Assembly (NCBI GenBank): GCA_024137785.1
Contig: JAHRHZ010000023.1
Span: forward strand, 4,976,087 to 5,040,086
Origin: Ginglymostoma cirratum
Lineage: Eukaryota
Direction of reading: 5' to 3'
DNA: 64,000 nt
The stretch's first letter is position 1; every line of letters begins with the position of its first letter. The position numbers and the translations under genes are program-made. The notes beneath the pieces are model-generated. The model saw nothing but the letters and a program-made list of their open reading frames with translations, was not told the DNA's origin and did no database searches. Shown in pieces: positions 1 to 10,395 of this stretch.

Positions 1-925
1 TGTTCTTCCAGCTTGTGTTGAGATTTGCTGGAATGCTGCAACAAGCCAGCGACCAAGATGTTGGCCAGGGAACAGGGTGGTGTGTTAAAGTGGCAGGCAA
101 CAGGTAGTTCAGGGTCTTTTTTGTGAGCAGAACATACTTGTTCTCCGAAGTGGTCACCCAATCTATGCTTCGTTTCCCCAATGTAGAGGAGACCACATTG
201 TGAGCAGCGAATGCAGTAGACTAGATTCTGGGAAGTGCAGGTGAAGTGTTGCTTCACCTGGAAGGTATGTATGGGCCCTTGGACACTTGGGGGGGAGGAG
301 GTAAATGGGTGGGTGATGCACCTTCACCGGTTGCAGGGGAGGGTGCTGTGGGGCTGTGAGAGGGGGTGTTGCGGGTGAAGGAAGAGTGGACCAGAGTGTC
401 CCGGAGGGGACGATCTCTGTGGAAGGCGAATAAGGGAGGGTAGGGGAGGGGAGAGGAGAGGAGGGGATGGGAAGGGAATATGCGTCTGCTGATGGCACCT
501 CACTGGAGGCGGTGGAAATGGTGTCTGAGGATCTTCTGGATGTGGGTGCTGGTGGGGTGGTAGGTAAGGACAAGGGGAACCCTATTGCTGTTGCGGGAGG
601 GAAGAGAGGGGGTGAGGGCGGAAGAGTGGGAGATGGGTTGGAGCCGGTTGAAAGCCCTGTCGAGAACAGTACTATGGAATCCTGGGTTGAGGAAGAAGGT
701 GGACATTTCGGAGGCTCCTTTGTCAAAATTGGCCTCATCTGAACATATGCGATGGAGACAGAGGAACTGAGAGAATGGGATGGAGTCTTTACAGGAAGTG
801 GGTGAGAGGATGTATAGTCCAGATAGCTGTGGGAGTCACGGGGTTTATAGTAGATATTAGTGGCCAGTCTATCTCCAGAAATGCAGAGAGATGTCAAGGA
901 AGGGAAGGGAGGAGTCAGAGATAGA
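1..925 (-). mobile_element. Penelope-like retroelement, decayed RT C-terminus plus GIY-YIG endonuclease
   Basis: Minus-strand frames, joined across frameshifts, read LPFLDI..TNIYYKPRDSHSYLDYTSSHP..RVPLVLTYHP..FTCTSQNLVYCIRCSQCGLLYIGETK, typical of PLE RT thumb, linker and GIY-YIG. Stops and frameshifts are present. Confidence 0.9.
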
Positions 926-1080
926 CCAGGTACAACGCAAGCTGGAAGAACAACACCTCATCTTCCACCTGGGGACCCTGCAGCCTTCTGGACTAAATAT
1001 CGAATTCAACAATTTTACAGCCTTAACTCTCCCATGTCCTAGCCCCCTACCCCACACACATCAGGCCTCGCTATTACATA

Positions 1081-1396
1081 CAACAAAAACAATGTTGGTG
1101 GAAAAGCTCAGCAGGTCTGGCAGCACCTGTGAAGGATAAAACAGAGTTAATGTTTCAGGTCTGGTGACCCTTCTTCAGAACAGATAGTGGCTGGGAACAC
1201 ATCAGTTAATATGCAGAAAATAGGGAGGTGGGTGGGTCCACCTTTTCCCAGCCACCATCCGTTCTGAGGAAGGGTCACTGGACCCAAAATGTTAACTCTG
1301 TTTTCTCCTTCACAGATGCTGCCAGACCTGCTGAGCTTTTCCAGCAACTTTGTTTTTGTTCCTGATTTACAGCATCCGCATTTCTTTCAGTTTTTA
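1081..1396. mobile_element. Non-autonomous PLE-derived foldback element with two head-to-head hammerhead cassettes
   Basis: About 1083-1200 is inverted relative to about 1243-1360. Flanked by the imperfect 14-bp direct repeat CTCGCTATTACATA (1067-1080) / CTTGTTATCACATA (1397-1410). Confidence 0.8.
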
Positions 1397-1562
1397 CTTG
1401 TTATCACATAGCCTGCCATTACACACTATCTATTGTTAGTAGCTATTAATAGTTGTTATCTATTAACAACTACTCACCCTCCTAGCCGGATCGTTATCAA
1501 TTCCTTTGACTATCCAACTGCTCTTCTCACTCTTTGGGCTCTATCCTATCCTATCCTATCAT

Positions 1563-1905
1563 GGGCAGGCAATACCCTCGTGGTATTATTGCTGGACTGT
1601 TAATCCAGAGACCCAGATAATGTTCTGGGGACCAGGGTTCAAATCCCGACATGGCAGATGATGGAATTTGAATTCAGTAAGTAAATTCAATAAATTGCGA
1701 ATCTGAATCCATTGTCGATTGTCGGGAAAAACCCATCTGGTTCACTTCCTTTAGGGAAGGAAACTGCCATCCCTACCTGGTCTGCCCTGCATGTGGCTCC
1801 AGACCCACAGCAATGTGGTTGATTCTTAACTGCCATCTGGGCAATTAGGCATGAGCAATAAATGCTGCCTAGCCAGCGACATCCTCATCCCATGAATGAA
1901 CAAAG
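1563..1905 (+). mobile_element. tRNA-derived SINE, family B (3' tail shared with an L2/CR1-group LINE)
   Basis: B-box-like GGTTCAAATCCC, body AAAAACCCATCTGGTTCAC..TTTAGGGAAGGAAACTGCC, tail GCAATAAATGCT..CATCCCATGAATGAA. Many copies in the window. Confidence 0.85.
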
Positions 1906-2477
1906 AAAACAAATTACTCCCTATCTCGTGCCCCTCCCTATTTGCCGCATATAAATCAACGTTTTCCCAGCTACCATCAGTTCTGAGGAAGGGTCACTGG
2001 ACCCGAAATGCTGCCAGACCTGCTGAGCTTTTCCAGCAACTCCTGTTTTTGTTCCTGATTTACAGCATCCGCAGTTCTTTTGGTTTTTCTTGTGGTTTTT
2101 ATTTAGTCTTGGACAGAACACCTGGCACTCACTAACAAAAGTGAAGCTTCCACAGAGCGTTGGAGTCTCATGACATTTAAAGGAGGCTCTAGAAGGACAT
2201 TGTGAAGGTGTTACTCAGTTTTTATATTGACTCTGAGGCCTGGCAAAAGCTTGGCCAGGATTGCTGCTCCTGGGTAAAACCAAATAAAAACTAGTATGCT
2301 CAGTCTGAAAGCACGCACATATCAGAGGCAAAGAGGAGATTACAAACCAGCATCTCATCCAGAACACAGTTGTCTGCACTATCCTATCTACATTGCAATA
2401 GAACATTCCAGGTTAAGATCAGCTTTAGCGGTCAGTGACACACCTACTGAAATCAGATCAAACATGACTGATAACAG

Positions 2478-2616
2478 TTCTGAGGAAGGATCACTGGACC
2501 CGAAATATTTACTCTGATTTTTTCTTCACAGATGCTGCCAGACCTGCTGAGCTTTTTCAGCAACTTCTGTGTTTGATCCTGATTTATGGCATCCTGAGTT
2601 CTTTTGGTTTTTATTT
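2478..2616 (+). mobile_element. 139-bp PLE-derived hammerhead cassette insertion
   Basis: Begins TTCTGAGGAAGGATCACTGGACCCGAAA. Exact 14-bp TSD ATGACTGATAACAG at 2464-2477 and 2617-2630. Confidence 0.88.
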
Positions 2617-3582
2617 ATGACTGATAACAGACGTGGTCATCTTTAAGAGGTAAATGGGGTTATCGGAAAATTCTCTTAGTGTCCTGAACCAACATTTATC
2701 TTCAACCAACATTAATAAAGCACATCATATGTTCATTTTCTTGTTGCTGTTTGTTGCATCTTGTGTTGTTCAGACTGGCTGCTCCACAATAGTGCCAATA
2801 CTTGGGAGTACATTATTGTCTGTGAAACACTTTAAGAAATCCTGAAGGTATGAAAATTGTGATATAAATGCATGTTGTATTTTTACTTACCTCATTGATT
2901 CCTTGAACAGTGAGCTCGAAATTTCTCAAATCAAGGCACTGAACTAATGCAAGGTGCTGCCCTACTAAACATGGGAACATCAGCTGGCAGCAAACTCAGG
3001 ATATTGGCAGCTAATTACAGGGTGGCACTAACACTAGCAGAAGCCTGGAAGCTAATTTGAAGTTTTGTTGAAGAAGCTGTGGTCGATGGTAGAAGACAGA
3101 CAGCTATGATTTGTGATATTTGAACTAGTTCACTGGCTTACTGTTTATTATCAGCACATACCCCCACACAGGAGTTAGTCAACAGATACAGAGGTTATTT
3201 TAGAAAATAATGGGGGAGCATTCAGAAATTAATTCAGAGAGATTTGAAAAGATTGTGCAGACGATGGCTGTACATAAGCAAACCCCTGAAGAAGGGGAGA
3301 ACAGGAATTCCTGTTAACAACGCACTGATTTGCCAAGTGAACACTGCATAGTGTTGGATTGGTTGAGATTTTATTTTGTCACCAATTAATTCAAGGTTAG
3401 GAACAGTGGATTGATTCTGTGTGTAACTGAATCTGACCGTCAGACAAGAGAGAGCTCTCTACATCTGTTCTAAAATGATTCTCTTCACAACCTAATAACT
3501 CAGCCAATCAATTGTAAATATTTCTGAACTAAGGGGGAAGGGGAACTTTCAAAATATCAGATTAATGCACGTGAAGCATGGA

Positions 3583-3950
3583 GTTGATGTAGTGTAGTGG
3601 TATTGTCACTGGATTAGTAACTCAGCAGCCTGGGCTAATAGTCCATGGACACAGGTTCAGATCTCACCACGGTAACTGGTGAAATCTAAATTCAATCAAT
3701 TGTTAAAAATCTGGAAATGAAAGGTGATCTCCATCACGGTGACCATGTCATGATTGTTGTAAAAACCCATTACAAACATCCTTTAGGGAAGAAAATCTGC
3801 TGCCCTTACCTTGTCTGTCCTACGTGTGATTCCAGACCAGCACTGTAATTGACTCAGCTGAGCATGACACTCTGTTTAGGGGCAACTAAGGATGAATAAT
3901 GAATTCCTATCCCTGACAATGATACCTGCATCACGTAAAAGATTTTTTTA
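3583..3950 (+). mobile_element. tRNA-derived SINE, family B, diverged
   Basis: Colinear similarity to 1563-1905 (GTAAAAACCCAT, CCTTTAGGGAAG). Confidence 0.75.
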
Positions 3951-4477
3951 AAAAAAGAAGACAAGTTATAAACTGAGAACTATTGGTTTTAATTCTCTTG
4001 TAATTCAATCTTCATCCAGATTAACTACCAGTTGCAACTACACAAATAACACTTAGCTGTAGCAGTGATATTAGAGGCTTCAGTTCAGTGCTGATATTCT
4101 TAAATCAAACCTCTAAGTTATGAACGTTTACATCTCAGATCAGCTCACTGTAGCTGCAAAAAGTCCCACAATCCTTGCTTTAAAATAATACCGTGTACTA
4201 TATATGATTTGTGCAAACTCCTCTTTATGAGTTGGGGGTGGGATGGGAAGTTGGTTTGTTGAGTTAATTAAGTGACTAGAGTGTGGTGCAGAATATAAAT
4301 TGATAGTTTGAGTTCTAAGCTGACACCAGCTATGGTAGTTCATAGAGATGGTGTCTTTACACCTGACCCTACACTTGTTGAGTGGTCATACACCAGCTGT
4401 ATCAGTTATTTCTCTCAATAGTAGATAAATTATTGTGGTTCCTCACCTCCTGTCCAGCATAACCCAAAAGTGACAGG

Positions 4478-4648
4478 ACTGTTATGGTGCAGTGGTAGTG
4501 TCCCTACCTCTGAACCAGCTAGGTTCAAGTTCCACCTGCCCCAGATATAGGCAATAGCATACTTTTGAGCTAGGAGGGCTGGGTTCGATTCCCACCTACT
4601 CCAGAGTTGTGTCGGAATTTCTCTGATCAGGCTGCTTAAACATATCTA
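4478..4648 (+). mobile_element. Short tRNA-derived SINE with duplicated B-box portion
   Basis: TGGTGCAGTGG A-box and two B-box-like motifs (GGTTCAAGTTCC, GGTTCGATTCCC). A related inverted copy lies at about 10285-10395. Confidence 0.6.
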
Positions 4649-5740
4649 AGATAAAAGCAAGGCAGGATGCCAGCTGCAAACTGGGGGGGAATTTTCCTCT
4701 GTAAAACTGCTCTTCCTTGATGTGTGGTTGAGAGTTCAGAGTCCTCTTGATTCTGTTACTGAGACACAGTCAGAACACTGAACAAGTGAGAACCTTCAAC
4801 CTTTTAGACAGGTTTGTGGAGGAAATGTAAAAGCTTCATTTTCAGAATGTAATTTATAGATGGGATTTGATTAAAAGATGTTTTGGGTCCCAGCTAGATT
4901 ATTGCCTATAGAACAATCAGACCGCCTGCCTGATTATATTGCAATCGTTTAAAGAGGTCGAAATGTAATTTCTATCACAACTTAAGAGTTTGTGGGTTGG
5001 AGCTAACCCGGGGCTGTGGGAATCAGCAGCCCAGGGCCATGTTACCATCTGAAGGTAATGTTACTGTTTCCACACTTTCATTTTACTAGTTTACGTGCAT
5101 TTGTTATAAGATCTGGTTAATGTCAGGCTTCTTCAGAGGGGAACAATCAGGAATGAATGTTCTCACTGCATTGGTGCTGAACTCAGGCTTTCTGAAATAG
5201 AAATCCAGCTTCAGGTTTGATGCTAACTAAAATGTTGCTGATTATTTAGGGTGTATCAATAAGATCAGTGACACCCCGCTCCCCCTTAAGGAGGATGAAG
5301 CTCCCAGTGGTGGGCCCACTCCCCCACTTTGGAGAGGGGTTTTCAAATAAACTGGGAGAATGTGTGAAACGGTTTGCGAGCTGGCGTCGGGACTCCCCAG
5401 CCAGTAAAACTCTGAACTCAGTGTAGCTTCGGATCAGAATCTTGGCGGAATCTGGAGTGGCTTTGTGCTAGAGTTTAAATCGCAGGGCTACAGCTGCAGG
5501 TGACGTGAGGAAGTTTTGTTTACTGTCTGCTCTAAAAGTGGCCGCCGCATTGTGGGTCGAACGGCCTCCGGACAACGCGGCGTCTGTCCGAATACAGCAT
5601 TTTAAAGAACCGTTTGAAAAACAGGTCAAAAGACGGAATCTGTTGGCCGTGTGAACACCTCGCATTATGACAGCTGCTCCATCTAAATGTGTTCCGTGTT
5701 TGCAGCCATTGCCTCTTTAATTGTGAGAGCTCAGTCTGGG

Positions 5741-5778
5741 CTCTCTCTCTCTCTCTCACACACACACATACACACTCT
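5741..5778. repeat. (CT)n(CA)n compound microsatellite
   Basis: Read directly from the sequence. Confidence 0.9.
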
Positions 5779-6089
5779 CAGTCACTCACCCGCGGTTTGT
5801 TCTCACAGCGCCTTCGAGCTATGCTATCCCATATCACTCACCCAAGATGCTAAAGTCCTGGCATCAATTCAGACTTCACCAAATAAGCAAGAGACGCTTA
5901 AACTGAATAGCGTTGACCCAGAAGACGGGCTCTGAGCCACCTTAAAGGATTTGTATCGCCTGTAGAGAAGGCGCAGGGACGGGAGGAGGTTTGTAACTTT
6001 AACACCAGCAGCTCCATTGACTCACGCAAACACGGTTTATTTCGCTGGACCCCCTGTGGGAATGGGCTGCAGTCTCTGAGCTCTCAGAG

Positions 6090-6319
6090 TATACCCGGAC
6101 TACAATTCTACAGTACACCCGGAGTCTGCAATCTTAGAATACACCGGGAGTCTGGAATCTCGCAATACATCCAGAATCTCGCAATACATCCAGAATCTGC
6201 AATCTCAGAATACACCCGGAGTCTGCAATCTCGCAGTACACCGGGAGTCTGCAATCTCACAATACACCGGGAGTCTGCAATCTCGCAGTACACCTGGAGT
6301 CTGGGATCTGTCAGTACAC
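6090..6319. repeat. 26-bp minisatellite, about 9 copies (TACACCSGGAGTCTGCAATCTCRSAR)
   Basis: Units start at about 6090, 6114, 6140, 6166 (short), 6185, 6211, 6237, 6263 and 6289. Confidence 0.92.
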
Positions 6320-6565
6320 ACACCAGGAGCCAGCACTGTTTGGATTCGGATTAAACTGGCATTTGGCAGCAGCGGATGTCTCTCGGACCCTCGCCAGTGC
6401 CACCGGGCTGTTAGATGCCAGGATAAAGGCAGGCACTGACCCAGCTCCCAGCTTCAGAGCTGTGCCCACGTGGAAGGTGGAAGACAGAGCCCGGAGACCG
6501 AGCCGCAACTTGGCGAACAGGAGGGAGACGGAGAGAGGACGGGGGTCCTGTGGCCGGTGAGGGGG

Positions 6566-6604
6566 ATGAGGCGCTTGCTGCCGCCCAGAAGAGGATCCGC
6601 CTGA
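6566..6604 (+). other. Candidate upstream ORF (MRRLLPPRRGSA*)
   Basis: ATG at 6566 with G at -3, TGA at 6602-6604, ending 46 nt before the main ATG. Assumes this region is transcribed. Confidence 0.45.
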
Positions 6605-6650
6605 AGGTGCCGAGCGATCCGAATCCGGATCGAGTCCCGGAGCGGCAGCA

Positions 6651-7162
6651 ATGAGCGTGCGGCTGCTGCGCTACCTGTTGCTGGATTTGCTGGGCTTCTG
6701 GTGCCCGGTGCTGGACCGCATGGCCCAGGCTAAAGCCGGCCGGCAGCTCGGCCCGCTCCTGCTGGGCTCCAGCTCCAACAGCTCGGGCGCCCTGGAGCTG
6801 CCGGCCACCCCAGACCGCTGCCGGGGCTACTTCGATGTGATGGGTCAGTTTGACGCAGCGTTCAATTGCAACACTAGCATTTACCAGTACTGCTGCGGGA
6901 CATGCGGTTATAGGTATTGCTGCCAGTTTAAAGAGTCCCGCCTGGACCAGAGCATTTGCTCCAACTACGACACCCCGAACTGGGCGAACGTGGGTAAACC
7001 GCCGCAGAGACCGGACGACACTGCGTTAGACCAGACCCGAGATAAAACCAACTTGATCGTCTACTTCATCTGTGGCGTGGTCGCCATCATGGTACTGGTG
7101 GGGATCTTCACCAAACTGGGCTTGGAGAAATCACAGAGGCCCCAGAGGGAGCTAAACTCCAG
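6651..7162 (+). CDS. SHISA9: Shisa-8/Shisa-9 (CKAMP39/CKAMP44-type) AMPA receptor auxiliary protein, coding exon 1: signal peptide, 8-Cys Shisa domain, TM helix
   Basis: CRGYFDVMGQ..FNC..YCCGTCGYRYCC..LDQSICSNYDTP and DKTNLIVYFICGVVAIMVLVGIFTKLGLEK match the SHISA9/SHISA8 subfamily as I recall it. Donor AG|GTAAGA at 7162/7163 (phase 2). The SHISA9 versus SHISA8 assignment is uncertain. Confidence 0.93.
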
Positions 7163-7831
7163 GTAAGAGAGAAGCTTCACTGCAGCCCCCCTGTTCAAAA
7201 CCCCCAGCCCCAGAGCCAGCTCTCTGTCCACCCCCTCCCCACCTCCCCTTATACTGGGCACTGCCAGCTGGTTGCAGTGCCTGGGAGAAGCTCCCCCTGC
7301 GGGAATGGGTAGGGCTGGTTGTGTGGGTGGTGGTGGGGGGAGTATGTGTTTGAGGGTGTGAGGGGTCTGTGTGTGTGAAAGGAGGAGCGGGGTGATCGGT
7401 ATGCAACCCTGAGGCACGGCACAACTACAGGGAAAGGCTGGGGTCGGAGCAAGGTGATCTTTAATGGCCCCTCCCAATGAAATAAACAGAAGGACACAGG
7501 CAACACCAAATCTTAGTGAGGCCGTGCGGCCCATCGAGTCTGCATCTGATTCGACACTAGTCCCACATTTGGCAGCACCTCTCCTGGAACGGGGCGGGGC
7601 TGTATAAACAGCCAACAGCAACTCTTCCTTATCCGGGTTTCTGTGTCTCCCCTTCAGAGTGTTGGCAATAAGTCTCCTTTTATCGGGAAAAGCAACACTT
7701 GGGAGCCTGGCCTCTGTCATCTTTCATACTGGGGCGGTGGGTCAACATAACAGTAAGGGAATTTAGCGCTGTCTGTTCGCCAGAGGGTTCAAATCACTTA
7801 GCATTTTGTTTAACCTTGTTTGTAAATCTTG

Positions 7832-8181
7832 NNNNNNNNNNNNNNNNNNNNNNNNNNNNNNNNNNNNNNNNNNNNNNNNNNNNNNNNNNNNNNNNNNNNN
7901 NNNNNNNNNNNNNNNNNNNNNNNNNNNNNNNNNNNNNNNNNNNNNNNNNNNNNNNNNNNNNNNNNNNNNNNNNNNNNNNNNNNNNNNNNNNNNNNNNNNN
8001 NNNNNNNNNNNNNNNNNNNNNNNNNNNNNNNNNNNNNNNNNNNNNNNNNNNNNNNNNNNNNNNNNNNNNNNNNNNNNNNNNNNNNNNNNNNNNNNNNNNN
8101 NNNNNNNNNNNNNNNNNNNNNNNNNNNNNNNNNNNNNNNNNNNNNNNNNNNNNNNNNNNNNNNNNNNNNNNNNNNNNNNNN
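7832..8181. other. Assembly gap (350 N)
   Basis: Run of N. Confidence 1.
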
Positions 8182-8759
8182 CGGCAGAGATTCCCAACGC
8201 TGTAACACAGAGCCAGTTTCCACAGGAACAAGACAGACCTGTTGCTTTTACAAAGAGGTTGTCTGTGCTCTCACAGAACCCCTCAGACACACACAGCCTC
8301 AGGTGGAGAATGGGGTGGCTGAAGAGCAGGGGATGTGACTCAAACAGCAGCCACCACCCTCATTCCCCAGCCCCCACAAGGTTTTCTTGTAGCCCCGCAT
8401 TTCTCAGTTGCTGCAGCATTCCGCAGTCCTGAGTGATTCTCTCGCTGAAAAAAGACAGAAAATATGGCGAGCTGGAGAGATTTACCCGTCAAAGTATCTG
8501 CGGCAGCTATTTCTCTCTAAAGGGAACAGTAGACTTTAAAACAAAACCCTCCCCTCCACTTTAAAGATGAACAAGACCATTCCTCCCTCCCCATCCTCCA
8601 GGAGTTGGTTGCCCTATCCCCGAACATGACTCAAAAAGCTTGTTGCTAAACTCCAGGGAACTCACCAGGACCTTATCCACCGCTAATCTACCCGAACAAC
8701 CCAAACTTTCTGTAGTGTCAACCCGAGGAGTAAAGCCAGTAAGACAAAGAGAGCTGAAA

Positions 8760-9455
8760 AACACACCCTCACTCCCTCACATACACATTCACACTCACTT
8801 CGTCACGCACACGTTCACCCTCACTCCCTCACACACACATTCATCCTCACTCCCTCACACACACACATTCACCCTCACTCCCTCACACACACACTCACCT
8901 GCCTTACATACACACCCATTCCTTCACACACGCACTCACTCCCTCCCTTACACACACTCGCTCCCTCCCTTACACACACACACTCCACTCCATCACACAC
9001 ACTCTCCATCACGCATGTACTCACTCTCTCACACACTCCCTCACACACAGACACTCCCTCACCAAGACGCACTCTCCCACACACACATTCCCTCACACAC
9101 GCACTCCCTCACACATGCACATATACTCACTTCATCACACGCACACACACTCTCCCACACGCATTCCCTCACAAACACGCACTCACTCCCTCGTACACGC
9201 TCTCTCCCACACACAGACACTCCCTCATGAAGACACACTCACTCCCTCACACACATATACTCATTCCCTCACAGACACACTCACTCCCTCACACACACAT
9301 CTACTCACTCCCTCTCACACACACACACATTCCCTCACCTCACACCATCTCCCACACACACTCACTCCCTCACACACGTACTCACTCCCTCACAGACACG
9401 CTCACTCCCTTACACACTCTCCCACACTCACACATTCCCTCACACACACACTCAC
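8760..9455. repeat. Degenerate CA/CT-rich simple repeat (CACTCCCTCACACACA-like units)
   Basis: About 700 bp of low-complexity sequence that generates spurious His/Thr-rich ORFs. Confidence 0.92.
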
Positions 9456-9547
9456 TTATGAGTGGGGACATTCCACAACAATTGTTGCAGAGAGTTTACC
9501 GTTTTGGAGTTTTGTTCTACGTGGGAGATGGATCTGGCTGTAAGAAG

Positions 9548-9640
9548 CTGATGAAGGGTGACCCAAAACATTAACTCTGTGACTCTCTCCACAGCTGCTG
9601 CCAGACCTGCTGAGTTTCTGCAGCACTGTCTGCTGTTGTT
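9548..9640 (+). mobile_element. 93-bp PLE-derived hammerhead cassette insertion
   Basis: Begins at CTGATGAAGGGTGACCCAAAACATTAACTCTG. Exact 15-bp TSD TCTGGCTGTAAGAAG at 9533-9547 and 9641-9655. Confidence 0.85.
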
Positions 9641-10284
9641 TCTGGCTGTAAGAAGGAGCACAGAACCAGTGTGTGGTCTGTGACCTATGGGCTGCACGGT
9701 TCTGATACAGTATCCACATGTGGGGCCCCAAAGCCACCATCTTAAAACACAGCAATGAACAACAGGTGAATGCTTAGACAGAGGTGGTGTGTCTCTCTGA
9801 GACAGCAAAGGTTTGTGTATTCCTCCTGAGAAAGTACCCTCCCTGTCTTAAAACACAACTTGCATCCCCTGTGTTCAGGGTTAGAGCTGAACTTTCCCAA
9901 AAGTTTTCAGTGGTCCTGCCACTCGAACCCTGAAACAAAGCGAGTGTGGCCCACATGCTAGGAAGTCCTGCTTTTCTCACAGAGTCACCGCTGTCTGTCA
10001 GGAATTGTCCTTTTTCAGCCCCTGCTGAGCTGGGTTCACAATATTTACAGTTATACAAGTTCACAGCACAGAGAAAAACACCCTTCAGCCCACCGAGTCT
10101 GCACTGGTGAAAAATAGCCAGCCCACCCAACTATTTCAATCCCATTTTACCTCCAGCTCTTCCCAAAGCTTCTTTCGAACACATTGGCTTGGCCAACATG
10201 AGGGAATTGCAGTTGAGGGAGACATTTCCTTTCTATTTTGTGTGGGAGGCCAGTTTTTTGTTTTAATTTAATGTTCTTTTCCCC

Positions 10285-10395
10285 CAGTCAACCTGTTCAG
10301 AAATGTTATTATGCATCTATGCAGCGGGTGGGACTTAAACCTGGGCCTCCCAGTCCACGGGGTAGGGACACTACCTCTGCGCCATGAGAGGGCCT
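10285..10395 (-). mobile_element. Short tRNA-derived SINE
   Basis: Reverse complement resembles 4478-4648. Confidence 0.55.

Larger units (their letters stand above)
930..2105 (+). mobile_element. Inverted PLE 3' end/terminal repeat, interrupted by a foldback insert (1081-1396) and a SINE (1563-1905)
   Basis: RKLEEQHLIFHLGTLQPSGLNIEFNNF is the PLE ORF end, and 932-951 is the near reverse complement of 1-20. The 3' UTR ends in a hammerhead-motif cassette near 1978-2010. Confidence 0.8.
5370..7200 (+). promoter_or_regulatory. CpG island / putative promoter and 5' UTR of the Shisa gene
   Basis: CpG and GC content rise sharply relative to the CpG-depleted surroundings. No transposon fragments seen. 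Overlaps coding exon 1. The TSS cannot be determined from sequence. Confidence 0.7.

Noticed and set aside
163-897. 244-aa Pro/Ser-rich ORF
   Set aside because: Only its N-terminus is in the PLE frame; the rest is off-frame read-through after a frameshift.
4478-4648. Possible tRNA genes at SINE heads (here and at other copies)
   Set aside because: A and B boxes are present, but there is no complete cloverleaf and they continue into SINE bodies.
5161-5181. RE1 left half-site (TTCAGCACC on the minus strand) upstream of the CpG island
   Set aside because: No GGACAG right half-site at canonical spacing.
5499-6024. CRE-like TGACGTGA (about 5501) and AP-1 TGACTCA (6018) words
   Set aside because: Short motifs expected by chance; cannot be supported without conservation data.
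6090-6319. Regular short repeats suggesting a CRISPR array
   Set aside because: Contiguous tandem units without unique spacers, in a vertebrate context.
7061-7720. 219-aa antisense ORF
   Set aside because: GC-rich, stop-poor sequence overlapping exon 1 and intron 1, with no recognisable domain.
7699-8432. Long ORFs in all six frames
   Set aside because: Artefacts of the 350-N gap.
8645-8657. 13-bp match GCTAAACTCCAGG to the exon 1 end (7151-7163)
   Set aside because: No extended homology; compatible with chance.
8640-9574. His/Thr/Ser-rich ORFs of up to 196 aa
   Set aside because: Translation of a CA/CT-rich simple repeat.
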